Source: an uncultured Thermoplasmatales archaeon (GTDB lineage: Archaea > Thermoplasmatota > E2 > UBA202 > JdFR-43). Taken from it: a DNA stretch of 50,448 bases. The DNA is taken from contig CAZTDS010000001.1 in NCBI GenBank assembly GCA_964612535.1, forward strand, positions 1-50,448, read 5' to 3'. Under the pieces are notes generated by a model. The model saw only the letters and a list, made by a program, of their open reading frames with translations. It had not been told where the DNA came from and did no database searches. Made by a program: the position numbers and the translations under genes. Below are positions 1 to 7,867 of the stretch, piece after piece (position 1 is the first letter of the stretch; each line of letters begins with the position of its first letter).

Positions 1-1
1 C

Positions 2-262
2 ATAAAAGCACCGTATTTCATTCAATCGACATGGTTAGCTATAGGTTATATTCTCCTGGCTTTAGAGGAAAAAGGTCTTTCAACCGTCACTTATACTCCT
101 CCCAACCCCGGAGAAGTGGGAAATTTAATCAAAGCCCCTTCAGAATATAAACTCCAGGTCATATTGCCCATTGGTTATTCAGCAGATGATAAGGAAAAAG
201 AGAAACGGAAAGACCTTCACGAAATCATATATATCAACGAATGGAAGACACAGCTACAATAA
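2..262 (+). CDS. nitroreductase-family protein, C-terminal fragment (5' end lies outside the window)
   Basis: Frame open from the window edge to TAA at 260-262. Translation ...STWLAIGYILLALEEKGLSTVTYTPPNPGEVGNLIKAPSEYKLQVILPIGYSADD... looks like the C-terminal part of the nitroreductase fold. Confidence 0.55.
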   Translation: MKAPYFIQSTWLAIGYILLALEEKGLSTVTYTPPNPGEVGNLIKAPSEYKLQVILPIGYSADDKEKEKRKDLHEIIYINEWKTQLQ

Positions 263-271
263 TATATATTT
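263..271 (+). promoter_or_regulatory. putative archaeal TATA box for tRNA-Arg
   Basis: TATATATTT centred about 27 nt upstream of the tRNA 5' end at 294. Confidence 0.35.
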
Positions 272-293
272 AGGAAAAGTTTATTATGCAGGA

Positions 294-368
294 GGGCGCG
301 TGGCCTAGCCAGGATATGGCGGCAGCCTCCTAAGCTGCAGGTCGCGGGTTCGAATCCCGCCGCGCCCG
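294..368 (+). tRNA. tRNA-Arg (anticodon CCU)
   Basis: Hand-folded cloverleaf. Acceptor GGGCGCG/CGCGCCC; anticodon stem GCAGC/GCTGC with loop CT-CCT-AA; T arm GCGGG-TTCGAAT-CCCGC; discriminator G. No encoded CCA. Confidence 0.93.
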
Positions 369-2279
369 CTATTTCATTCCGATTGCCTCTTTTATCTCAT
401 TTATCATATCCTGCTGTGAATAGAAGGAAATGGTTCCGTTTTCATCCACATATCCTTCTTCAACCAAAGACCATACTGCAAATACCGGCTCAACCTTTGG
501 CTTAGCATAGATTCGGAGATTATATTCATTTTTGGATGCGGAAGGTTTAACAAATACCTTTATATCCACATCTGTATTTTTTACCATCGCCATTTTTTTA
601 AATTCTTTTGAGTATTTCTCTGTAAGGTTTTCATCATATATCCATCCTTCCTCAATAACTCCTGGATATTCATTTACAACTTCTATATCTTCAAAATTTT
701 CATCACTTGGTTCTTCATAGAATGGAACATCAAGCTGGAAAGTTGGGAGATAAATGTGTTCCCAGTCATTTTGATCATATGGAGGGCCATTGCTTCCATC
801 GGAATAATCAAAAAGATATGTGCCATTTTCTGAAAAGAAGAATGGTTTGTTGTAGATATACTGGTAGTTCATAACACTATAGTAATTTTTCAGATAACCC
901 TCGTAATCAGCATCTGACATACTCGGATATCGATCTCCAAATCTCCTGCTCATTAAATCTATACCTGGAAATGTTATTGGCATGAGCCCTATAGAATGTC
1001 CCAGTTCATGAAGAACAGCTTTCGCAAGCATCACTCTTATTTCACGGGGTGTGAAGGCAAGGCGGGTTTTAAGAGATTTCCAGCCATTGCTAACATATAT
1101 TGCATCAAATTTGTTATATACTACAGGTGTGATGAAACCGCCGCCATCTTCTCTATCTCCTATAACCACATATCTAAATATTCCCTTTCTTTCATCAGGA
1201 AAGTGATGTTTGTAGAAAGCCAGTAGTTGCTTACCCATCACGTCATCCATGTTTCTTGTATATGGAAGCATTTCGCCGCCGCCTTTTGGCGAGCCATCCA
1301 TCCAGCCATCATCTATATAGACGTTTATTCCATGGCGGGCGAATCTTTCAATAATCATCTGCTGCGATTCTTTGTAGAAAATGTGAGGGATGTCGAAAAA
1401 CCCTCTTTTTTGCATACCATCAGTTTCTATGTATATATCTGGCTGAAGAGGGTTTGCAAAATAGTTTCGCATTTTATATTCTTCAATATTCTCTATGCCA
1501 TCTATATCTGGATCAAGGTTTTGATGATCATTGTATGTGAAAGGATCATAACCATATTTCCATTCCCACGATGTCGGTATTCCATCATTATCTGGATCAA
1601 GTTTGCTATCATCTCGCGTTGGATCAGTTCCGAGAACATTTCTCTCAATCCAGTAGGGTATTCCATCATTATCATAATCTGATTGATATATGTTAAACCA
1701 TACTTCGTAATTCTTTCCAAGATAGTGACCCATTCCATCCTTGTCCCCAAAATAATCATCTCCGGTCCATCTGCCAGTACGATAATCATATATCAGTTCT
1801 ATCCTTTCTTTCTCAACCTCCTCCATGCCAAATATCCCTTTAGACTGCTGTTCAATAATCGATATAACTACCTTCGAATATTCTCTTTCTTCATCCACAT
1901 CGAAAGTGATGGTGCTTTCGTAGCCAGCTGTATCATATGTTGTATAAACTCCTTCATCACCAACATATCCCTTTGAATTTCCTTCTTCCCCATCAACATT
2001 CACAATGTAATAGAAACGGGGCACTTCTTTCCATGAGGGGCCACGAGTTAGCATCTTATTCATGAGACCTCTGTTACGGATTCTCAATATCTGAACGAAT
2101 ATTCCCTGATTTTCATAGGGACTGATTTTGTCGTCTATGGTTACAGTTTCTCCTCCAACCTCAGAAGGTCTCTCAAGAAAACTCCATAATGATACAATGA
2201 TTAAGATGGCTACAACCGCAATGAGCAAAAACCATTTTCTATTTCCCTTCACCATATGAAAGGATAAGTTCGCCATCAT
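369..2279 (-). CDS. membrane-anchored or secreted zinc metalloprotease (HEXXH) with thrombospondin type-3-like Ca-binding repeats
   Basis: 636-aa ORF with N-terminal TM/signal segment KWFLLIAVVAILIIVSLWSF. HELGH is encoded at 996-1010, with a downstream SVMNY Met-turn-like motif. Three DxDxDG repeats (DYDNDGIPYW, DPDNDGIPTSW, DPDIDGIENI) lie at about 1482-1679. Confidence 0.75.
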   Translation of the reverse strand: MMANLSFHMVKGNRKWFLLIAVVAILIIVSLWSFLERPSEVGGETVTIDDKISPYENQGIFVQILRIRNRGLMNKMLTRGPSWKEVPRFYYIVNVDGEEGNSKGYVGDEGVYTTYDTAGYESTITFDVDEEREYSKVVISIIEQQSKGIFGMEEVEKERIELIYDYRTGRWTGDDYFGDKDGMGHYLGKNYEVWFNIYQSDYDNDGIPYWIERNVLGTDPTRDDSKLDPDNDGIPTSWEWKYGYDPFTYNDHQNLDPDIDGIENIEEYKMRNYFANPLQPDIYIETDGMQKRGFFDIPHIFYKESQQMIIERFARHGINVYIDDGWMDGSPKGGGEMLPYTRNMDDVMGKQLLAFYKHHFPDERKGIFRYVVIGDREDGGGFITPVVYNKFDAIYVSNGWKSLKTRLAFTPREIRVMLAKAVLHELGHSIGLMPITFPGIDLMSRRFGDRYPSMSDADYEGYLKNYYSVMNYQYIYNKPFFFSENGTYLFDYSDGSNGPPYDQNDWEHIYLPTFQLDVPFYEEPSDENFEDIEVVNEYPGVIEEGWIYDENLTEKYSKEFKKMAMVKNTDVDIKVFVKPSASKNEYNLRIYAKPKVEPVFAVWSLVEEGYVDENGTISFYSQQDMINEIKEAIGMK

Positions 2280-2300
2280 TTTTATATTTTTGCCTCTGCA

Positions 2301-2423
2301 GGTGTTCCTATAAACTCGTGATATGATAAATTTTGCTACTGAATTGCAAAATATTTTATTAGAAATGGACTCGAGGTATTTTTCACCAGATAAAGTGACA
2401 TATCACGAAATCTTAGGAACACC
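2301..2423. mobile_element. MITE-like non-coding element (imperfect 25-bp terminal inverted repeats, 9-bp flanking direct repeats)
   Basis: Left end GGTGTTCCT-ATAAAC-TCGTGATATG (2301-2325). Reverse complement of the right end (2399-2423) is GGTGTTCCT-AAGATT-TCGTGATATG, matching 21/25. The direct repeat GCCTCTGCA sits at 2292-2300 and 2424-2432. AT-rich interior with no ORF. Confidence 0.4.
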
Positions 2424-2457
2424 GCCTCTGCATCAGAATTAAATATCTTTCTTTATT

Positions 2458-3210
2458 ATGGTGATAATGAAAGTTGGTGTGATAGGGGGAACGGGTTTTT
2501 ATGAAATGGGAGGAGAGGAAATAGAGGTTGAAACACCATATGGAGTCGTTATTTTATTCTATCTTGATGAGGGTGATAGAGAAATTTTCTTTTTGTCTCG
2601 CCATGGAAAAAAGCATATTCCTGCTCATATGGTAAATTATCATGCCAACATAGCAGCCATGAAAAAGGCGGGCGTGGAGGCAATTGTGGCAATTAACACA
2701 GTGGGTTCAATGAGAAGAGAATTTGAGGTGGGTTCCTTTTTCATACCAGATGATTTCATCGATTTTACATGCCGTAAATCCACTTTTTTCGATAAAGAGG
2801 CGGTTCATATCGATATGTCCCAGCCGTTTTGCCCCATTGTAAGAAAAATTCTGATTGAGGGGGCAAGTAAAAAAGGAATGGTGAATGAGGGCATATATGC
2901 TGTAACTGAAGGACCCCGCCTTGAAACTAAAGCGGAGATAAACATGCTGAAAAATTTTGCCCATGTTGTTGGGATGACCCTTTCTCCAGAGGCAATCCTT
3001 GCTAGGGAGGCAGGAATATGCTATGCTTCAATATGCATAATATCCAACTATGCTGCTGGGATGCAGGAAAAAATGGATGTTGAGGAAATAAGGAGAGTAT
3101 ATGAAGAGAGAAAAGGAGATTTGATGGATGTTGTCAAGGAAGCCCTGAAAAAAATACCTGAGGACAGGAATTGTGGTTGTAAATATGCTGCAGAGAGAGG
3201 AAAATTATAG
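2458..3210 (+). CDS. mtnP: S-methyl-5'-thioadenosine phosphorylase / purine nucleoside phosphorylase family
   Basis: 250 aa. Motifs: N-terminal VGVIGGTGFY, SRHGKKHIPAHMVNYHANIAAMKKAGV, GPRLETKAE, typical of the MTAP/PNP-I family. Confidence 0.82.
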   Translation: MVIMKVGVIGGTGFYEMGGEEIEVETPYGVVILFYLDEGDREIFFLSRHGKKHIPAHMVNYHANIAAMKKAGVEAIVAINTVGSMRREFEVGSFFIPDDFIDFTCRKSTFFDKEAVHIDMSQPFCPIVRKILIEGASKKGMVNEGIYAVTEGPRLETKAEINMLKNFAHVVGMTLSPEAILAREAGICYASICIISNYAAGMQEKMDVEEIRRVYEERKGDLMDVVKEALKKIPEDRNCGCKYAAERGKL

Positions 3211-3715
3211 GCTGGATGAAATACTGCATTTTGTTTATGAAATATACAGGGCGACGAAGGGAAAATATCCGTTGCTTGAATGGGTTTCAGAAAAACCAAA
3301 GCCTCATGAATTTGAGAAGTTTAAAGCAATATACAAGCCATTTTTAAAGGAGAGGCTTGAAAATGAATTTGATGAATTTTATGTATGGGGGAAAGATGGA
3401 GAAATTATCTCCACAGTTGCCATAGTTTATAAATATAGAGGGAAAAAGTTGGACTGGATACCCGACTCCCTTATGAAAAATGAAAATGCTTTTATCGAAT
3501 TTCTTATGGTATCTCCTCGCTACTGGAAGCAGGGATATGGAAGAGAAACACTCCTATTTGCGTTAAAAAGGATAAATGAACTTGGAAAGACGGCTTTTGT
3601 TTCAACCTCAAAAACCATAGATGCCCATGCTTTCTACAAAAAAATGGGTTTTAAAGATGTTTGCATGCATGCGGGGTTTGTTATAATGAAGTGTGATTTG
3701 GGCATGAGGGATTGA
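3185..3715 (+). CDS. GNAT-family N-acetyltransferase
   Basis: Acetyl-CoA binding motif FLMVSPRYWKQGYGRETLLFAL and C-terminal AHAFYKKMGF. The track start at 3173 is GTG; the first ATG is at 3185. Overlaps the end of the preceding gene. Confidence 0.72.
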   Translation: MLQREENYRLDEILHFVYEIYRATKGKYPLLEWVSEKPKPHEFEKFKAIYKPFLKERLENEFDEFYVWGKDGEIISTVAIVYKYRGKKLDWIPDSLMKNENAFIEFLMVSPRYWKQGYGRETLLFALKRINELGKTAFVSTSKTIDAHAFYKKMGFKDVCMHAGFVIMKCDLGMRD

Positions 3716-4463
3716 TCGGCAGCTCTAGCACGCTTGCAAAATTTCGGCTACCATCATAGTAAAAAATATTCTTTATGTAATTATCCCTTCCATGAGTTAT
3801 CTTGAGTGCTTCCTGCACCTGCACCGCCGCTATTATGCTTGTGGTATTAATATCTGCAGCAATTTTTGGCTCGAAATATATTATATCCTTTCCCGTGCAG
3901 CTAAATCTTTTTTGGAGGATGTTTGCATGCGTTTTATTTGTGCTACATTCGAGGCAACTTGTATGGGGTGGAATAATCACCTGCACCTTCCCTATCTGAC
4001 CATGTGTAGCACCGTCTATATATGGTGTTCCAGTAGCATAACAGGTTGCATTTATATGGAGGCGAGCGGCAACATTATCCACGCAGCCAAGCACAAGGGA
4101 ATGAGAAGGAATGAAATCTTCTCCAAGTTCCTCGATTCTTTTTGTAAAGTATTTCACCTCCACATTTGGCTCAATTTTCCTCAATTTCTCTGCAATAACC
4201 TCTGCCTTATATCTCCCCTTTTCAGCATCATCATATGAAAAAAATATGCATCGGTTAAGATTCGATTTAACGATGTGATCCATATCTACAATTGTAATTT
4301 TTTTGTATCCGGATAAGACAAGATTTTTACATACCTCATTTCCTAAAGCCCCTGCTCCAACTACCAACACCTTTTCCCTTTCAACCTTGTCGATATCGAA
4401 CCATTCAAAGAGTTTCAGTCTGCTGTATTTGTCCTCATCTATGCCTCTGGCTCTAATTTCCAT
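3681..4463 (-). CDS. ThiF/MoeB/UbaA-type E1-like adenylyltransferase
   Basis: Rossmann motif VLVVGAGALGNEVCKNLVLSG, IVDMDHIVKSNLNRC and CLEC. Trimmed to ATG at 4463 (MEIRARGIDEDKYSR...). Confidence 0.8.
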   Translation of the reverse strand: MEIRARGIDEDKYSRLKLFEWFDIDKVEREKVLVVGAGALGNEVCKNLVLSGYKKITIVDMDHIVKSNLNRCIFFSYDDAEKGRYKAEVIAEKLRKIEPNVEVKYFTKRIEELGEDFIPSHSLVLGCVDNVAARLHINATCYATGTPYIDGATHGQIGKVQVIIPPHTSCLECSTNKTHANILQKRFSCTGKDIIYFEPKIAADINTTSIIAAVQVQEALKITHGRDNYIKNIFYYDGSRNFASVLELPINPSCPNHTSL

Positions 4464-4596
4464 AATTTGAAATTTAAAAAATTTATTTAGCTTTATCCTT
4501 TGAGTCTGTGAATAAAATTTCAAAGCCATCATTTTCATATTTTCTCAAAATTCAAAAATTTCGATAAACTAATATACATTTTTCTCCTTATCTCCT

Positions 4597-4944
4597 ATGG
4601 CGAAAACATCTTTAGGGCTTGAGGAAAATATTGAGGGAGCGCTTTGTTATCTGCTTGGATGGATCACAGGGATAATCTTTTATCTGCTGGAAAAAGACAA
4701 TAAATTCGTGAGATTCCATGCAAAGCAATCAATTCTGACTTTCTTTCCGCTTTGGATACTATCAATAATTCTCGGCGGATGGTGGGGGCTGCTGTGGTGG
4801 CATGCATGGTTCTTCTTATGGTGGATTTCATGGCTCATATGGCTAGTGATGTTCATACTCTGGATTGTTCTAATGATAAAAGCATATCAGGGAGAAATGT
4901 TCAAACTGCCAATTGTTGGAGATATTGCGGAGAAGGGCTTATAG
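4597..4944 (+). CDS. DUF4870-like small integral membrane protein
   Basis: 115 aa. N-terminal EGALCYLLGWITGIIFYLLEKDNKFVRFHAKQS signature, followed by Trp-rich TM helices. Confidence 0.6.
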   Translation: MAKTSLGLEENIEGALCYLLGWITGIIFYLLEKDNKFVRFHAKQSILTFFPLWILSIILGGWWGLLWWHAWFFLWWISWLIWLVMFILWIVLMIKAYQGEMFKLPIVGDIAEKGL

Positions 4945-6639
4945 TTACATTTCCTCCAGAGCTTCGATACCCAGTATAGTCAGGCAATTACGTATAACCT
5001 GGCGAGTTGCATTTACCAGCGCTAACCTCTCTTTCTCCTTTTCACTTCCTATAACCCTGCAATCTCTATAAAATGCATTAAATGTGGAGGCGAGTTCATA
5101 TACATACTCTGCAATTGCTGATGGATTTCTTGCTTTTACGCTTTCTTTGACAATTTCGGGGAATGCCGCCAGCATTTTAATCAGTGCTATCTCGCTCTCA
5201 TGCTCATATTCTGGTTGCTCACATCCCTCATAGCGAGCTTTTCTTAAGATGGAGCAGCACCTTGCATGGGCATACTGGATGAATGGTGCTGACTGCCCTT
5301 CAAAATTCAGAGCTTCCTCCCATTTAAATATGATGGGCTTCTCTGCCCTCACCTTAATTATATTATATCTTATTGCCCCTGTACCGATGCTTCTCGCTAT
5401 ATAATCTATATTCGGTAACTCTCCTCTCCTTTTTATTACCTCTCGCTTCGCCCTCTCTATTGCCTCCTCCATCAGATCATCGAGATATACAACCCTGCCT
5501 TTCCTTGTTGACATTCTTCCTTCTGGAAGAGAAACGAACGAGTAAAATATTACTTCCGGCGTTTTTTTGTTCAGAAGTTTTAAGGCTATCTCCACGAATT
5601 TTGCCTCCAGTTTGTGGTCCTCACCCAACACATTTATCATTTTATCTGCCTGCTCTCCCTTCCATATGTGATATGCCACATCTCTTGTTGCATACAGAGA
5701 TGTGCCATCACTTCTTGTAATGTAAAATTTCTTATCCCTTCCATGAATGCCAAATTCCTCAAGGTTCAGATATATTGCCTTTCCTTCTTTACCGGCATAA
5801 GGAAGTTTCTGTAACTCCTGAATAACTTTTTCCACACTCCCGTCAAGAACAAATCTTGATTCTTCAACAAATTCATCTATTCTTATATTCAGCATTTCAA
5901 GGCTTTGGGAAATGCCATTCAATACCCTCGTATATATATCTTTCAACTCAGCAAGTATCCTTTTGTTTCCTCTTTCACATTCCTTTATTATCTTTTCAAT
6001 TTCTTTCCTCACTTCCTCATTTTCTTCCATCAGCTTTGCTGCCTCCTGATAATATACGACGTATTTGTGATCATCTTTATCATGTTTTGCCTCAATTTTT
6101 AAATTTTTAACACCCCAGAAGAGAATAGCCACTTGCTTTCCCATATCATCCACATAATACTGTGTAACCACATCATAGCCTCCGAATTTAAGCAACCTCG
6201 CTATTGTATCTCCAATTATCGGATTTCTGGCCCGCCCCACATGCAGCGGGCCATTTGGATTGGCAGATGTATGCTCAACGATCACCTTCACATTTTTCTT
6301 CGGTTGCTTTCCATAATCATCTTCCATCTCCTCAACAAGCCGTATCGTTTCCTTCGCCAATCTATGAGCATCTATGAAAAAATTTACATAGCCTTTTACT
6401 GCCTCCACCCTTTCTATCCACATCCGCTGTCTTTGCCTTATTTCCCTCGCAATTTCCTCCGCTATTTCCACAGGATTTCTCTTGAGTATTTTGGAGAGAG
6501 GAAAGCATGGAAATGCAAGATCCGCTATCTCTTTTGGCTTTTCCAGTTTTACCTCTTCTTCTATACCATAAGCTACCCTTAACGCTTCTTTTATTGCCTC
6601 TTTTACCTCCTCCTCAAATTTTTCGTATGGATACTTCAT
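4945..6639 (-). CDS. argS: arginine--tRNA ligase
   Basis: HIGH-type motif HTSANPNGPLHVGRARN, MSTRKG (KMSKS-like), and a C-terminal anticodon-binding domain. The track start at 6648 is GTG. ATG at 6639 forms an ATGA overlap with the upstream small ORF. Confidence 0.95.
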   Translation of the reverse strand: MKYPYEKFEEEVKEAIKEALRVAYGIEEEVKLEKPKEIADLAFPCFPLSKILKRNPVEIAEEIAREIRQRQRMWIERVEAVKGYVNFFIDAHRLAKETIRLVEEMEDDYGKQPKKNVKVIVEHTSANPNGPLHVGRARNPIIGDTIARLLKFGGYDVVTQYYVDDMGKQVAILFWGVKNLKIEAKHDKDDHKYVVYYQEAAKLMEENEEVRKEIEKIIKECERGNKRILAELKDIYTRVLNGISQSLEMLNIRIDEFVEESRFVLDGSVEKVIQELQKLPYAGKEGKAIYLNLEEFGIHGRDKKFYITRSDGTSLYATRDVAYHIWKGEQADKMINVLGEDHKLEAKFVEIALKLLNKKTPEVIFYSFVSLPEGRMSTRKGRVVYLDDLMEEAIERAKREVIKRRGELPNIDYIARSIGTGAIRYNIIKVRAEKPIIFKWEEALNFEGQSAPFIQYAHARCCSILRKARYEGCEQPEYEHESEIALIKMLAAFPEIVKESVKARNPSAIAEYVYELASTFNAFYRDCRVIGSEKEKERLALVNATRQVIRNCLTILGIEALEEM

Positions 6640-6824
6640 GGATTCCACGGGTTAAAAGCGGGATCACCATATAAATTGAATTCATGAAGGCAATGATATT
6701 TCTTGTCCAGATATTTTCCATATTCAAATTTTGGATTCAGCGAATCATAAAGTTGTGTCTGGCTTGCAAAGACGGGCAGCAGAATAAAAACAAGGAGAGG
6801 AGCAATAAGTTTTCTCACTTTCAT
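6636..6824 (-). CDS. small predicted secreted protein (62 aa), function unknown
   Basis: Signal-like N-terminus MKVRKLIAPLLVFILLPVFASQ. AGGGG lies a few nt upstream of the ATG. Its stop overlaps the argS ATG (ATGA at 6636-6639). Confidence 0.4.
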   Translation of the reverse strand: MKVRKLIAPLLVFILLPVFASQTQLYDSLNPKFEYGKYLDKKYHCLHEFNLYGDPAFNPWNP

Positions 6825-6874
6825 AACCCCTTATGTAAAATAATTTAATAACTATTTTGCTTAAGGCAATAAAT

Positions 6875-6880
6875 AAAAAA
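6875..6880 (-). terminator. oligo-T tract immediately downstream of tRNA-Asn
   Basis: On the minus strand the tRNA 3' end is followed by CTATTTTTTATTT. T-runs are the usual archaeal termination signal. Confidence 0.4.
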
Positions 6881-6883
6881 TAG

Positions 6884-6957
6884 CGCCGGCGACCGGATTT
6901 GAACCGGTGACCGCCCGGTTAACAGCCGGGTGCTCCACCTGACTAAGCTACGCCGGC
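6884..6957 (-). tRNA. tRNA-Asn (anticodon GUU)
   Basis: Hand-folded on the minus strand. Acceptor GCCGGCG/CGCCGGC; anticodon stem CCCGG/CCGGG with loop CT-GTT-AA; T arm ACCGG-TTCAAAT-CCGGT; discriminator G. Confidence 0.93.
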
Positions 6958-6978
6958 ACCGATATGAAATGCGGAAGA

Positions 6979-6988
6979 TATAAAAAAA
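6979..6988 (-). promoter_or_regulatory. putative TATA box for tRNA-Asn
   Basis: Minus-strand TTTTTTATAT centred about 27 nt upstream of the tRNA 5' end at 6957. Confidence 0.35.
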
Positions 6989-7000
6989 TTCTTCGCTGCA

Positions 7001-7867
7001 TCATATTAAGTTCAATCCAAGTTTCACTGCATGGCTATAAACTTTGCGATATTCCTCATTGGTTATTCTTCTATTGATGTCTTCATATTCAAAAGCCTTG
7101 TATGTTGGATAATACTGAGCCATTACATTCACCACTGCATTGGGAACATTCTCTGCTATCCAGTCCAGAATGGGGATGCTGCAGCATTCAACATGATTGG
7201 GCATTACAAGGTGGCGTATAATCATCTCACCCCGTCTGTAAGCAATTTCGTGATTCCTCGTAATAATTTCCCAGTAATTTTTCACTTTTGATAGCCTCTC
7301 TGCACATCCATCATTGCCATATTTAAAATCTGTGAGATACACATCCATTACATACTTCAGCATATCCATTGTTTCAATACTACAATACATATTGGAATTC
7401 CACACCTGCGGCAGGTTGGCGGAGCATTTTTCCAGCACCTCCAGTATGTAAGGCAAATGAGGAGTTGGCTCACCACCAACCCAATTCACATTTCTTGCCC
7501 TTCCCACAATGCCTTCAATAATCCAGGCCATTTTTTCAGGCTCAATATAGATGCCTGCTTGATATTGCGAGATATCATAGTTCTGGCAGAATACACAGCT
7601 GAAAGTACATCCAGAAAAGAAAATGGTATAGGATGGCACCAGAACATCTTCTTCGCCATAATGGAAAAAATGTGAAGCAATGCTGCCAAGCTTTGCCCTG
7701 CATCTTCCAAGCTTTTCTCTCCTATTTATCCCACATCTATGCTCACAGAAGTAACACTCGCTATATATCTCATAAGCTCTATCAATAAGCTTCTTCATCC
7801 TGCTCTTATTCTCAAGATATTTGGTTTTAGCCCTCCCCTCCAGAATATCGAAATATCTCTCAAGCAT
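7001..7867 (-). CDS. radical SAM enzyme, PflX-like (pyruvate formate-lyase activase homolog)
   Basis: CxxxCxxC in FSGCTFSCVFCQNYDIS. N-terminal Cys cluster CYFCEHRCGINRREKLGRC and HYGEED. The track start at 7879 is TTG. ATG at 7867 lies 2 nt after the AMMECR1 stop. Confidence 0.8.
   Translation of the reverse strand: MLERYFDILEGRAKTKYLENKSRMKKLIDRAYEIYSECYFCEHRCGINRREKLGRCRAKLGSIASHFFHYGEEDVLVPSYTIFFSGCTFSCVFCQNYDISQYQAGIYIEPEKMAWIIEGIVGRARNVNWVGGEPTPHLPYILEVLEKCSANLPQVWNSNMYCSIETMDMLKYVMDVYLTDFKYGNDGCAERLSKVKNYWEIITRNHEIAYRRGEMIIRHLVMPNHVECCSIPILDWIAENVPNAVVNVMAQYYPTYKAFEYEDINRRITNEEYRKVYSHAVKLGLNLI

Noticed and set aside
5373-6582. Multiple 65-149-aa plus-strand ORFs inside argS, with similar antisense ORFs inside folC, ftsY, sucCD, por and other genes
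   Set aside because: They lie opposite strongly supported conserved genes. Their translations are low-complexity or hydrophobic with no motifs, as expected for antisense frames in AT-rich DNA.
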